The notes under the pieces were generated by a model. It ran no database searches. It was not told where the DNA came from and was given only the letters and a program-made list of their open reading frames with translations. DNA of 64,000 bases from the NCBI RefSeq assembly GCF_006345805.1, contig NC_043002.1:3472001-3536000 (forward strand). The letters are read 5' to 3'. A program made the position numbers and the translations under genes. Source of the stretch: Octopus sinensis. Taxonomy: Eukaryota. Positions within the stretch are counted from its first letter, which is position 1. Every line of letters begins with the position of its first letter. Below are positions 23,936 through 36,445 of the stretch, in pieces.

Positions 23936-25400
23936 TACCAATGCTGCCAACTGGTGTTAAAGTAAATATAAAGAAAGTCTAAAAGTATTGTTTACCTGAC
24001 AACTATTTCAGAAGATACCTATGAAGAGAGAGAGAGAAAAAGTGTGCTGTGCTGTTCTTATTCCCAAGACAAACTTTCAGATTGAGTTACATAACAGAAA
24101 ACCAATAATAAACAAAGCCGAGGGTATGAATTGTTTTGACTTGAATTTCAAGAAGAGACTTCCTTTTCAATAATAGGTTGGTTAGTATTTATATAAATGT
24201 AGTTTAAGCAGAGTGGTGGTGGTGGTGGTGGTAGGGGGTGGAGGTGGAGAGAATAGCTGAATAGTTTTACATTCAAATACTTCCCTTGCAATGCTTTCAG
24301 CAACTGCAACAACAACAACAACAACAGTAACAAACCAATTAGAAAAGTAATATGAATGCAGTGGGGGATTTTTATTAAGTCATTCAACTGGACCGGGGGG
24401 GGGGGGAGGAGGGTTACCATAATGGATCTGATAAGGTTTTGTCAGTCTTTTTAACATAACACACAGCTTTGTCCACTCAGGCCTGACCTAGATATATGAA
24501 AAAAGTGCAAGGCAGGCAGCCCAACATCTATGCAAATACCACTGCTTAAATAGTGTCTATTGTTATTATACACACATCCAGCGCACAACTTGTTTTATAG
24601 TCTCCTCCATATGAATGCAGAATGTTGCCAATGCAAACTACAATAAGAAAATATCGTTAAATCATCCGCCTACTTTCCTCCACATTTCTTGCCTCTTTCT
24701 CTTTATAATTATTCCAAAGAAATGAGGAGGAAAAAAAAAAAAGGATAAAATAAAGTAAGAAAGATCTTCCCTTCTATCCTCTCCCTTTCCTTCTTACATT
24801 CTCTTTCTCTCCTCCCACCAACCCTTCTCTCTCCCTCTCCTCTCAGCCAGGTCAGAGACAAGACATATCACCATTAACTTCCCACTCAAGCAAATTTTTT
24901 GCTACTGACAGTAATTTTTTTAGTGGGTTTTTTTATACTGATTTTGTTTTTTTATTTTTGTTTTAATATTTATTTCTTTTATTTTTGTTTCTATAATTCC
25001 TATTCCTGTTTCCATTTCTCGTGTGGAATCCTTGTTTACATCATTCCTCTTTGAATTGTCTTAATGCAACAAACAGCAGTTGAAGAAGCTTCTTTTGTAG
25101 CCCCCCCCCACACACACCCTGTCCATACCCCACCACATCTCTTCCCCATTCCTGTCTTTGCTAGATAAATAAATATATACACTGTGGTGTCAATTGGTAG
25201 ATTGTGGCCTTCGCAACCACTGATTAGCTAAACATTCTAAGCAGTGTCAATTATTTTGCAGTAAGTACTCCAGGCCTGCTTGGGTTAATAATAAAACCTG
25301 GAGGATGTAGAGCAACACTACACCCAGCAAACATGCAAATGAGACTCTTTTAACAGGATTCCTGGGCACAAGATCAGATCAGTGACAGAGGAAAAGTAGC
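23900..25400 (+). promoter_or_regulatory. Repeat-poor island, possible promoter/first exon ending at a GTAAGT donor (25261)
   Basis: Unique sequence with polypurine/polypyrimidine tracts and a consensus 5' splice site TGCA|GTAAGT. No ORF support. Confidence 0.25.
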
Positions 25401-25434
25401 AAGGCACATGTAGAATCGTGTCTCTGTGTATTTG

Positions 25435-25622
25435 TTAAACCCATTAGCATTCAAACTGGCCATACCCTGGCCATTTATTCTGCCCGTTTCATGGTCAAAA
25501 TGGCTAGATTCGGCCCTTCATGCCTAGCCTACAATGTCATTCTAAAAATAAACATCCACATCATCAAAATCCTGAAGCTATGAGAATGAATAAGCAATCA
25601 CAATCAAATGATAAGAGGTTAA
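25435..25622 (+). mobile_element. Degenerate TTAA-flanked MITE (same family as 52033; partial copies ~6292 and ~44182)
   Basis: TTAAACCCATTAGCATTCAAACTGGCCATA...GGTTAA. Confidence 0.6.
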
Positions 25623-26354
25623 TGGCTTAGACGAGGAAAGAAAGCATCCGTGATTATTTTCAGGACCTTTGTGGCCGATTGGAAGAAGGTAACAAAGGCC
25701 AGAGACCCCTGCTTACAACAGAGTGGACTCTGCTAAAGGTACCCAAGTGCTAGGTGGTGGTGTTGTTAAACCAGGTAACAGATTAAATAAAGCAAAATGA
25801 ATCATTCAAAGGGAGACCAAACTTTACCACCATCACCAACAAATGAAATTGGTGAGAGGTAAAAAGAAATTGCTGGATCTCTTTTTGGTCATGCTGAGAA
25901 TGTCTGCAGGAAAATGCTGACGGCAGCAGCTTTTAAATCAGTGTGGTAGCTTTGGCTTAGCTATAAACACCTACACCTATTATTCATTTGGATGTTCTGA
26001 GTCACTGCTTAGTGTTACTATGACATACCAGTTGAAGGGTGGAGGCCTCCATAAATTCCATAGCAAGTTAAACAGCTACATACTTAACTCCAACTGACTT
26101 CCTGTAAGGAGGGTCATTTAAAAATACATACTGGCCTCGAAAGTTACAACAACAACAACCATCAACATTATCCTCATCATTTAACACCTGTTTTCCATGC
26201 TGGCATGGGTTGGACGGTTTGACAGGAGCTGGCAAGCTGGAGGGCTGCACCAAGCTCTAATTGTCTGTTTTGGCAGGGTTTCTATGACTGGATGCTCCTC
26301 CTGATGCCAACCATTTTACAGAGTGCACTGGGTGCTTTTTACATGGCACCAGCA

Positions 26355-26885
26355 TAAATAAACTAAGTTGAATGCCAGAAACAAAACTGAGGCCATGAAC
26401 ACGTTTGCCATGCTTGTAATCAACTACCGTTTCACTGTTAGAAGTTGGTTCCTCTCTGAGATCAACAAAGTTGATGATGAAACCCGAAAGCAGATGACAA
26501 TGTATCAAATGCATCGTTCAAAAGCAGACAGACTGCAGAGACCCCGTGAACAAGGAAGGCAATCAGGGGTTGATACAATCTCAACTCTCGTTGAAAATTG
26601 CAATGATGGGAGACTTTCTGCAGCAAGCAAACAACTGGATGTTAAAGCTGATTCCGAAACGCAAAGATACCAAAATACTACACTCAGTGATGAAAAGAAG
26701 GTAAAAATATACGTTTGGGATGTGCAGTTAGATGAACCAGAACAAGATGCGGCAAAACAAGAAATGTAACCAGTCAACCACTACCCCATACACGAAGGAG
26801 AAATGGGAGCAAGAACCACTGCATGGCAAATAATTGATTAGAGTCAGGGACCCTGATGTAAGACGAAACCCTTGGCTGGCATGCT
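26355..26885 (+). mobile_element. Dong/R4-like LINE internal fragment
   Basis: LNARNKTEAMNTFAMLVINYRF...WFLSEINKVDDETRKQMT...ADRL.RPREQG, later W.QEPLHGK. Confidence 0.65.
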
Positions 26886-26945
26886 CTTTGCAAAAAGGTG
26901 ACAGAGCAGCTCAGTCCATACATTGGTCAATAAGCTACACATACA

Positions 26946-27352
26946 CAGGAGTGGCTGTGTGGTAAGTAGCTTGCTTACCAACCACATGGTTCCGGGTTCA
27001 GTCCCACTGCGTGGCATCTTGGGCAAGTGTCTTCTGCAATAGCCCCGAACTGACCAATACCTTGTGAGTGGATTTGGTAGATGGAAACTGAAAGAAGCCT
27101 GTCGTATGTATATATATATATATATATTGTGTGTGGGTGGGTTTGTGTGTCTCGTTTGTCCCCCTAGCATTGCTTGACAACCGATGCTGGTGTGTTTATG
27201 TCCCCGTTACTTAGCGGTTCGGCAAAAGAGACCGACAGAATAAATACTAGGCTTACAAAGAGAATAAGTCCCGGGGTCGAGCTGCTCGATTAAAGGCCGT
27301 GCTCCAGCATGGGCGCAGTCCAAATGACTGAAACAAGTAAAAGAGTAAAAGA
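26946..27352 (+). mobile_element. Family A SINE
   Basis: Same head, body and tail as the other copies. Confidence 0.88.
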
Positions 27353-27589
27353 GATACAACCTCCTTCACAAAGACAATTGGTTGGTAACACAAACCAGGA
27401 GAATGAATAATACATTTCCTCTGAATCAATCATTTAATTAATATATTCATTTTCACCAATAAATTCATCATTTAACATCTGTTGTCCATGCTGGCATGGG
27501 TTGGTTGGACGGTTTGGCCAGATCTTTGAAGTTTCTACCTGATAACCTTTGCTGGATGGCTGTAAAGTTGGGTTCCTTGTTGCATTATA

Positions 27590-27858
27590 TATTCTGTGTC
27601 ATCTCTTGTGAAAGGTAGGAAAGTCCAGTTTGCTGGACATTGTTGTAGAGCTGAAAAAGAGGTAATTTCTACTCTTCTCCTCTGGAAGCCATCTACTCGC
27701 AATACCAGAGGGCGCACACTCTCCTACCCTGATGTAATCTCCAGGGATACAGGCATCCAGCAACAGGACCTCCGTAATGCCATGATGGACCGTGAAGTCT
27801 GGCGTAGCATGGTAAATTCCATTGTCTCGACCACGGTCGAACAATGATCATGATGATA
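27590..27858 (+). mobile_element. RTE-group LINE 3' end (second family), (TGA)n tail
   Basis: RKVQFAGHCCRAEKEVISTLLLWKP...SYPDVISRDTG...AMMDREVWR, stop, then TGATCATGATGA. Confidence 0.75.
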
Positions 27859-28200
27859 TATTCTTTAGCAAGTTGTTTTTCTGGGAGCTATGTGAAATTG
27901 TAAGTAGGCTTGCTGTATGTATGGGGAGTGAATGAATTGTTAGGCGGTTGGGGTAGAAGATGAGCCTGACACTTCTAAAATGGACACCACCCCTATGTAC
28001 AAAGTTATTTCCACACTTGACTCAACAATTATACAATTCCTGCTTCAAACCTGACAAAATCACTCAGCAATATCTTCCTATCAATCGACACCCTACAAAT
28101 ATACTTTCTTCCTATCCACTTCCTACATCCAGTGAAGGCTAGCAGGTGGAAACTTCAAAGTCACTGTCAGCATTCTTCTTTTAAAAGTTTAATAAACATA

Positions 28201-28532
28201 TATTACGGAGATGTACTTGCATAGCAAGTGACATGATCTGAGATGGTGTACTGAAACAAGAACAATTGCAGCGTGGAAGGTGTTTATAAGCCATTTAAGA
28301 AACACAAAAACCCTTAGATTCACTTCAACATTTAAATTTAATTTGCGTCAAAATATTTCCATCATTTTCAATCTGTGACCTGTTCCCTGACGCAGCATGA
28401 AATTTTGTCTGTGAACAGCTGCAGTTTCAAAGCGAAAAAAACATTTTGACAAATTAAATTTAAATGTTGAAGTGAATCTAACAGTTTTTGTGTATTTTTT
28501 AAATGGCTTATAAACACCTTCTACACTGCAAT
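28201..28532. mobile_element. Second Penelope-like foldback copy with two head-to-head degenerate hammerhead cores
   Basis: Inverted arms 28265-28394 / 28404-28532. Minus core G(G)GAACA with stem I UGCGUCA/UGACGCA; plus core GTGAACA at 28411-28417. Confidence 0.78.
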
Positions 28533-28624
28533 AAACATATACTTTATTAAAAAGTTTAATGCTGAATTGTTTTTATATATAACTTAACATAAAAATAAAC
28601 ATGAAGATATATACTTTAATTTGT

Positions 28625-28880
28625 ATGTATGTGTGACTGTATGTGTCTCCTGGTCTTGATGTGATATTTGTAAATGAGTATCACTATCATATAAACAGTA
28701 GCATTCATTTCCAATCTACTGCAAAAACATGTCTGGCCATGGAAAAAAATATTTCCTTGCTTGGAAACGGGTGAGAGTTGGCAACAGGAAGAGCATCCAG
28801 CTGTAAAAAATCTGCCCCAATAAATGCTGTCTGACTCCTGCAAGCATGGAAAAGCAGACATTGAAAAGATGATGATGACT
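28625..28880 (+). mobile_element. SINE-like family D with RTE-type (GAT)n tail; other copies ~41160-41400 and ~54630-54800
   Basis: AAACATGTCTGGCCATGG...CTTGCTTGGAAAC.GGTGAG..TTGGCAACAGGAAG.GCATCCAGC...GCAAGCATGGAAAAGCAGAC. Confidence 0.65.
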
Positions 28881-29874
28881 TCTTGACCATATTTTCAATC
28901 CAGGCAACAAGATGCAAAAATTAAAGCTGAAAATCCACCCCATTGACTTTGCCACTATAGGAGAAATGTCTACAAAGGCAACTAACATGGATTCTATCCG
29001 CCCCCCCCCCACACACACACACACTAAAATGCAAGAAAATAAAATAAAACTAAAAAAAAATATTCTCATATTTGTGTAACTAAAGAAGTCGGGAGATATT
29101 TGGTAGACATGTATCTTCCTTGCCAGAATGTGCAATGGCTCTGACAACCATTTCAACACAGCAAGACATCTTATATAAGTTTGCATTTCCATAGGTGTTC
29201 TCTTCATTTTACAAATAGATGAGATAATAGTTGAATAAACATGTTAAAGCAGAGCATGTCTCTTAGACTAATATAACGGAGAATCAGGCAGGTATAATTC
29301 CATGTTGCACTACAATAATATTTTTACTATTCTCGAAGAATGCGATTCAAAATTCAACGTAATAATGATGCACATGTTCTTCATAGAGGAGGAGACTCAC
29401 TTTTAAGATGAAAAATGTATAAATGAGAAAAGCCATTGAGGTTTACTTCAGCCTTCCTCTTCGTCTCTCCCACCTGTTAAGTTTTAAAGAGATAATAGTT
29501 GAACTGTTGCCAAAACTGAAAATAAATAGTGATTTTTTTTACATTAAGTAAATTGAGTTAGGGTGGGGGGGGGGGGGAAGCAGGTGGAAGGGAAAGGTAG
29601 ATGTTTTCTGCTATTAGCTTCTATCATCATAAGCAACAACCTTTGAGGTGACAGAGCGTGTTTGAGGTGGTGGGCGTGGTAGGCAGCGAGGAACTGAAAG
29701 ATATGATATGGCATCAGAAATGAAAAATGATCCCAGCAGTGACTTATCTCCTACTTGTTTCTACACCTACACACACACACACACATATGTATCGCATAAC
29801 CCCACTCCTGCTAAAAAGCACATATACACACAGTGATAACTATGTATCTATCTTACATTACATACACACACACA

Positions 29875-29914
<40 letters not shown>

Positions 29915-30392
29915 AACACACACACACAATCTATATGTTCAGATTGATGGGGTAGATGGATGGATGGATGGACGGATAGATATGAATGTGTGTATGTGTG
30001 CTTGCGTGTGTCTGTGTGTTTGTCGTATAGTCCTTCCGTGTTAGAGGTTTTTAGTTACTTTCAATGGAAATTAATTTGCTGCTGAGAAAATAGCAGAAGT
30101 GAAACAGTTTATTTGGGTCACTCATTGTTGTGAGAGGCATTCCAAAGGTATTATAAATAAACCACACAGATATTTAATGGTGGAGAAATATGGTTGCTTC
30201 ATAATACGACATGACTGATTACATGCATACACACATCTGCATACATTCATTCATACATAGACATACACACATATACATAGATACACACATATACATACAT
30301 ACATACATACACACACATACATGGAGTAAAATAAATTCATTAATTTTAAAAGAGTATTTGCTAGTAATGTGAGTGTATGTGTTTATATATGT

Positions 30393-32520
30393 ATCATCAT
30401 CATCATCGTTTAATGTCTGCTTTCCATGCTAGCATGGGTTGGACTGTTCAACTGGGGTCTGGGAAGCCAGGGGCAGCACCAGGCTCCAGTCTGATCTGGC
30501 AGTGTTTCTACGGCTGGATGCCCTTCCTTATGCCAACCACTCCACGAGTGTAGTGGGTGCTTTTTACGTGCCACCTGCACTGGTGCCAGGGGGGGTCTGG
30601 CATCGGCCACGATCGGTTGGTGCTTTTAACATGCCACCAGCACGGAAGCCAGCCAAGGCGGCGCTGGCATCGGCCACGTTCGGATGGTGCTTTTTATGTG
30701 CCACTGGCACAGAAGCCAGTCGAGGCGGCGCTGGCATCAGCCACGTTCAGATGGTGCTTTTTATGTGCCACCGGCACAGGTATCACAACTACTATTTCCA
30801 TTGATATTTGTTTCGTTGTTCATGTACATGCACTTGACTCAACAGGTCTCCTCAAGCACAGCGAGATGTTCTGGGACCCAAGGTATTTTGAATGGGCAGG
30901 GGCTATGCGGAACTGGTGCCGGAAGCATCCCGGGTCTTTGCAGTCACAGCACATCTCCAGAGATCTTGGTCCTTCGACATTGCCTCAGTGAGGCCCAACG
31001 CTCTGAGGTCATGCTTGACTACCTCATCCCATGTCTTCCTGGGTCTACTTCTCCCCCTGATTCCTTCAACTGTTTGGGAGCGGAACTTCTTCACACATCT
31101 CTCCTCATCCATCTGCAGTACATGACCATACCATCGCAGGCGTCGCTCTTGCACACCACATCTGATGCTTCTTATGTCCAGCATTTCTCTCAGGGTGCTT
31201 ACACTCTGTTGTGCATTCACACTGACATTACACATCCAGCGGATCATGCTAGCTTCATTTCTTTCAAGTCTGCAGTCACGGCCCATGTTTCACTACCGTG
31301 AAGCATGGCAGTTCGCACACATGCATCATACAATCTACCTTTCACTCTGAGTGAGAGACCCTTTGTCGCCAGTAGGGGTAGGAGCTTTCTAAACTTTGCC
31401 CAGGCTATTCGTATTCTAGTGTTGACACTCTTGGAGCATCCACCTCCACTACTAACTTGGTCACCCAGGTAGCGGAAACTATCATCTACTTCTAGTTTCT
31501 CCTCCTGGAGTGTGATGGAATCTGTTTTCTGAGTATTTGTGGTGTCTATAGTCCCTGTGCATCTGCCGCACATGAAAGCTATCTTATCAGTTAATTTCCC
31601 TTTAATGTTGCTGCACCTCTTATGCGTCCATAGCTTACACTGGGTGCATCTTATGGAGTTTCTACCTACATCTTTCCTACAGATCGAGCAGGGCCACCTG
31701 CCCGATGGGGTGTGTGCTAAGTTCGCCTTTCTGCTTACTATAACTTTGGTCTTTGCTACATTTACTCTAAGGCCCTTTGATTCTAACCCTTGTTTCCACA
31801 CCTGAAATTTCTTTTCTAGTTCCGGTAGTTATTCTGCTATGAGAGCCAGGTCATCAGCATAGAGGAGCTCCCAGGGGCAACCTGTTTTGAATTCTTCTGT
31901 TATTGCCTGGAGGACTATGATGAATAAAAGGGGGCTGAGCCTTGGTGTACACCTACTTCTATCCGGAATTCTTCACTATATTCGTTGCCAATCCTAACCT
32001 TGCTGACAGCCTCTCTGTATAGGGCCTATACAGCGCTTATTAGCCATTCGTCAATCTCCAGTTTCCGCATCGACCACCAGATAAGGGATCGGGGGACCCT
32101 GTCAAAGGCTTTCTCCAAGTCCACGAAAGCTATGTAGAGGGGTTTATCTTTAGCTAGGTACTTCTCCTGCAGTTGTCGGACCAAGAATATAACATCAGTG
32201 GTGCTTCTACCCGGCACAAAACTGAACTGCATCTCATCTAAGCAAATTCTCTCCCTAATGAGATGGGTTATGACCCTCTCTGTGACCTTCATCACCTGAT
32301 CCAACAGTTTAATACCCCTGTAGTTATTTCTATCTAGAGCATCACCCTTACCCTTGTAGCAGTTGACTATGGTGCTGCTACACCAGTCATTGGGTATGAC
32401 TCCATTATGAACTACCTGGTTTACAATACGGGTGACTAGGCCATAGCCCACATAACCAGCTGTTTTAAGCATTTCAGCAGTGATACCTGATGGGCCGGGG
32501 GCTTTACCTGGTTTCATACC
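30393..32520 (-). mobile_element. 5'-truncated RTE LINE (RT with embedded PHD-type finger), frameshifted, with family B 3'UTR
   Basis: MKPGKAPGPSGI, NYRGIKLL, QFSFVPGRSTTD, FVDLEKAFDRVPR, PWELLYADDL, FRYLGD, LRWYGHV, GRSRPRKTW. Confidence 0.93.
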
Positions 32521-32544
32521 CTTAAAGTCCCCGGCCCATATCAC

Positions 32545-34530
32545 CACCATCATGATTTAACGTCTGTTTTCCATGCTGGCATGGGTTGGATGGTTTGAGA
32601 GGAGCTGGTAAAGCCAGGGATTGCACCAGGTTCCATTGTCTGATCTGGTTTGGTTTCCACAGCCGGATGCCCTTCCTAATGCCCAGACACTTTACAGGCT
32701 TATACTGGGTGCTTTTTATGTACAACCAGCACCGGCATCAATTCTGCAGTGGTGTTTTCTAGAGAATAGCAAGAAATCTCAGTCCTTTGCAATCTCCTTT
32801 CTAACGCTCAGTCTCAGAAGACATCAGCCTTCAATGCTTTGTCTCATGTCTTCCTAGGGCTCCCTCTTCCGCAAGTTCCATCCACTTTAAGTGATCAACA
32901 CTTCTGTATGCAACTGTCTACGTCCATAAGCATCACATGACCAAACCTGAGCAGCATCTAATTCTTATGGCCAACTTTTCTCTCAATACATTAGCACTTA
33001 GTCACACATGCACACTAACACTGCACATCCAGAGGAGCATAGTAGCATCATTCCTCTCTAGTCTTCAATTATCTTCTGCATTCAGGGCCCATGTCTCACA
33101 ACCATGGAGCATTATTGTTTGTATACATGCATCATACAATCTTCCTTTCACTCGAAGAGACATTTAGTTGCCAACAGAGATAAAAAAAAAAAAACTTCCT
33201 GGATTTTCTCCATCCTATTCTTATTCTAGCAATTAGACTTTCCATGCATTCCACCTCCACCTCCCACCTGATTAGGTCCCCTAGATTGCAGAAATTATTC
33301 ACGACCTCTGAAGAGCTTCCAAGGCATTTGAGAAAATTGATTTCCTGAGTATCTGTAGTTTTACAGCTGTGTGCATCTTCCACACACAAACATTACCTTC
33401 TCCATGTCAATGAAAGCCAGGTACAGAGGTTTATCTTTGGCTAGGCATTTCAACTGCAGCTGTCTTACCAGAAATATAGCATCAGTGGTGCTTTTCCCTG
33501 GCACGAACCCAAACTGCATCTCTTCTAAACTGACTCTCTTCCTAATTAGTTGGGCTATGACCCTCTCCATGACCTTCATTATCTGATCCAACAACTTGAT
33601 ACCTCTGTAATTATTTGTATCTAGAGCATCACCGTTACCTTTGTAGCAGTTGACTATTATGCTACTACACCAGTCATTGGGTATAACTCCTTCATGTATC
33701 ACCTAGTTAACTATATGGCTGACTAGGCTATAGCCGACACTGCCAGATATTTTGAGCATCTCTGCAGTGATTCCTGATGGGCCTGGGGCTTTCCCTGTTT
33801 TCATGCTTGTAATTGCCTTATCTACCAAGGAACTGTCAATTCGGATAGCTGGTCCCTCTGCTGGGTCGACATTCGGCTGACTCTCTTTACCCCATTCATT
33901 TTCCTCATTCAGCAACCTTTCATAGTGGCATCTCCAAACCTCTCTTTGCAGCCTCATCTAGTGCAAGTGAACATTCATCCATGCGGACACATTTCTCTCC
34001 TACATCACGATTCTCTTTCAGACACTGTCTTGCAACACGAAACACCTCAAGTCTTTGATCCTCACGGTGCAGAACATTGGCAAATTTTTTCTTATCTGCT
34101 TCCCCTCTGGCTAAATAAACCTGTCTCCTAGCTTCCCTTCTGGCAGTCTGATACAATTCCCTGCTACCACCATTCTTCCAGTCCTTCCAAGCCTGTCTCT
34201 TTTGTCTAATAGCCCTGTCTACAATATTGTTCCACCACCACGTTATTCTAGGTTGAGAGGGGACTTTGCACCAGCCACAGATCTGGTCAGTGGCTCCCAG
34301 CAGGTTGTCCCTGTAGAAACCTCCAGTTGTCTTCCACATCATGTGATGCTATATCCCTATTTCGTCAAAGGCTTCGAGTAATGTCTCTAAATTTCTGTCC
34401 ATTTGCAGGATCTTTAAGCTTCCAGATCCTTCTCCTCCATGCTGGTTGTCTTCTGGGCATCCATTTAGCCCTGATCCTGAAGTCGCTCCTACAAGTCTAT
34501 GTTGTGAGGTACATTCTTCACCTGAGAAGG
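32545..34530 (-). mobile_element. Older, internally deleted copy of the same RTE LINE
   Basis: TWWWNN, MKTGKAPGPSGI, NYRGIKLL, FIDMEK fused directly to FVCGRC (YADD region deleted). Tail at ~32545. Confidence 0.88.
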
Positions 34531-34611
34531 TTTTAGCATTTACAAGAAGCCATCTTCCCCTTTTTCTGGTGAGGATACATTATTATTCCAATAATAATAT
34601 TGTATCACACC

Positions 34612-34644
<33 letters not shown>

Positions 34645-34646
<2 letters not shown>

Positions 34647-34965
34647 CCAGCGCCACCTCGACTGGCTTCTGTGCCGGTGGCACATAAAAAGCACCATCCG
34701 AACGTGGCTGATGCCAGCGCTGCCTTGGCTGGCTTCCGTGCCGGTGGCACGTTAAAAACACCAACCGATCGTGGCTGATGCCAGACTCCCCTGGCACCTG
34801 TGCAGGTGGCACATAAAAAGCACCCACTACACTCGTGGAGTGGTTGGCGTTAGCAAGGGCATCCAGCTGTAGAAACACTGCCAGATCAGACCTGGCTTCC
34901 CAGACCCCGGTCGAACCGTCCAACCATTGCTAGCGCGGAAAACGGACATTAAACGATGATGATGA
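34645..34965 (+). mobile_element. Family B module
   Basis: Matches 11410-11731. Confidence 0.85.
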
Positions 34966-35049
34966 TATATATATATAGGTAGTTGAAATTTACAGAAAAG
35001 TAAAAGATGAAGACAGGTGTATTAGTTTGACACTCGGGAAAGTGAGAAA

Positions 35050-35089
35050 TTCTTTTACGTTTTGAGCCTATGCTCTTCAATGGAAAGAA
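35050..35089 (-). ncRNA. Degenerate minimal hammerhead-like relic (third family), within a probable Penelope-like remnant ~34975-35115
   Basis: UUCUUU-CCAUUGA-A-GAGC-AUAG-GCUC-AAAA-CGU-A-AAAGAA: stems I and II intact, palindromic ACGU, core and GAAA mutated. Confidence 0.45.
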
Positions 35090-35119
35090 ACACGAGGAAA
35101 TAAACAGAGAGAGAGTAAA

Positions 35120-35865
35120 TATATATGTATGTGAGTGTGTGTTTCCCTCCCCCCAACATCGCTTGACAGCTGATGCTGGTGTGTTTACTTCCCCATAACT
35201 TAGTGGTTTGGCAAAAGAGACCGTACTAGGCTTATAAAGAATAAATCCTGGGGTTGATTTGCTCGACTAAAGGCGGTGCTCCAGCATGGCCACAGTCAAA
35301 TGACTGAAACAAGTAAAAAAATAAAAGAATAGCTGATTTTGAAAGCATTGGCAACCTTCATTTAGTGAATGAATGGTAGTGATGGTTGGGGTGACAGTCC
35401 ACCCATGACTGCAACCTGTGATAGTGTGGCTATGAGTGAAGCAGCTTTGTAGGAAGAACAGTTATAAGCCATAGAGTTGTGCTTCAGATGTGGACGGCTA
35501 AGCATAAATGGACAGTTGCACTCACGCACTTGGGTGTCAGAGTTAGGCCAAGGGTGATGTCCATGAGTTCACAGGTGAAGTTAACACAGGACTGACAAAG
35601 CTCTTGTTAATCAAATGGCTTGAAGTTCTATAGAGTCCAGAAGGTGGGGGTACCAATGCAGGCTAATGCTTTTGTTGGTACCACAACCTTCTGGACTGAT
35701 TGAGATCCTTTTACTTGTTTCAGTCATTTGACTGTAGCCATGCTGGAACACCGCCTTTAGTCGAGCATATCGACCCTAGGACTTATTCTTTGTAAGCCTA
35801 GTACTTATTCTATTGGTCTCTTTTGCTGAACCACTAAGCTACAGGGATGTAAACACACCAATATC
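35120..35865. mobile_element. Two family A SINE 3' halves in inverted orientation (35120-35330 +, 35708-35865 -)
   Basis: CGACTAAAGGCGGTGCTCCAGCATGG...GAAACAAGTAAAA and its reverse complement ~380 bp downstream. Confidence 0.78.
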
Positions 35866-36264
35866 GTATGATGGTGTGATGGATAATTGAAACAAAACAA
35901 GGATCAAATGATCGAATAAGTGCAAGGATGGTGATGGTTTGGCATGAAAAAAAACAGCTAGTCTACACTGTGAGGTGGTTGGCATTAGGAAGGGCTTCAA
36001 GCTATAGAAACCATGCCAAAACAGACATTGGAGCAGGATGCAGTTCTTAGACACATTGGATACTCTCAAACTGTCCAACCCACGCCAGCATAGACATTAA
36101 GTGGATATTAAATGATGACGATGATTGTGTATATATTGCATGGATATTGCATGTATGTACTGTATGGATATCGTGTGTAGCATGAATGGCAAAGAAGGTC
36201 TATAAGGGGTGAAAGAGTTTTGCACCTTCAAGTGGAACCGAATGTGTGGTTTATAATACCGTTG

Positions 36265-36445
36265 TTTGTTTAATCCCAGGTCAATTCTAATTGAGAAAGA
36301 TCTACAATCACTAGCATTCCAACCTTGACCATCCTGTTTTTCCTTTGTGCAAGCAATCTAAGACTCAACCATCCAACATGTCCATTCTTAAAGATGGTAG
36401 TGTATGATTTGAGGGAGATTTGGCTGCTATTTCAAGCGGGTTGAT
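36265..36445 (+). repeat. Dispersed repeat family (also ~56625-56810 +, ~54400-54570 -)
   Basis: Shared TTCCAACC.TGA.C and TGATTTGAGGGA.ATTTGGCTGCTA motifs. Confidence 0.55.
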
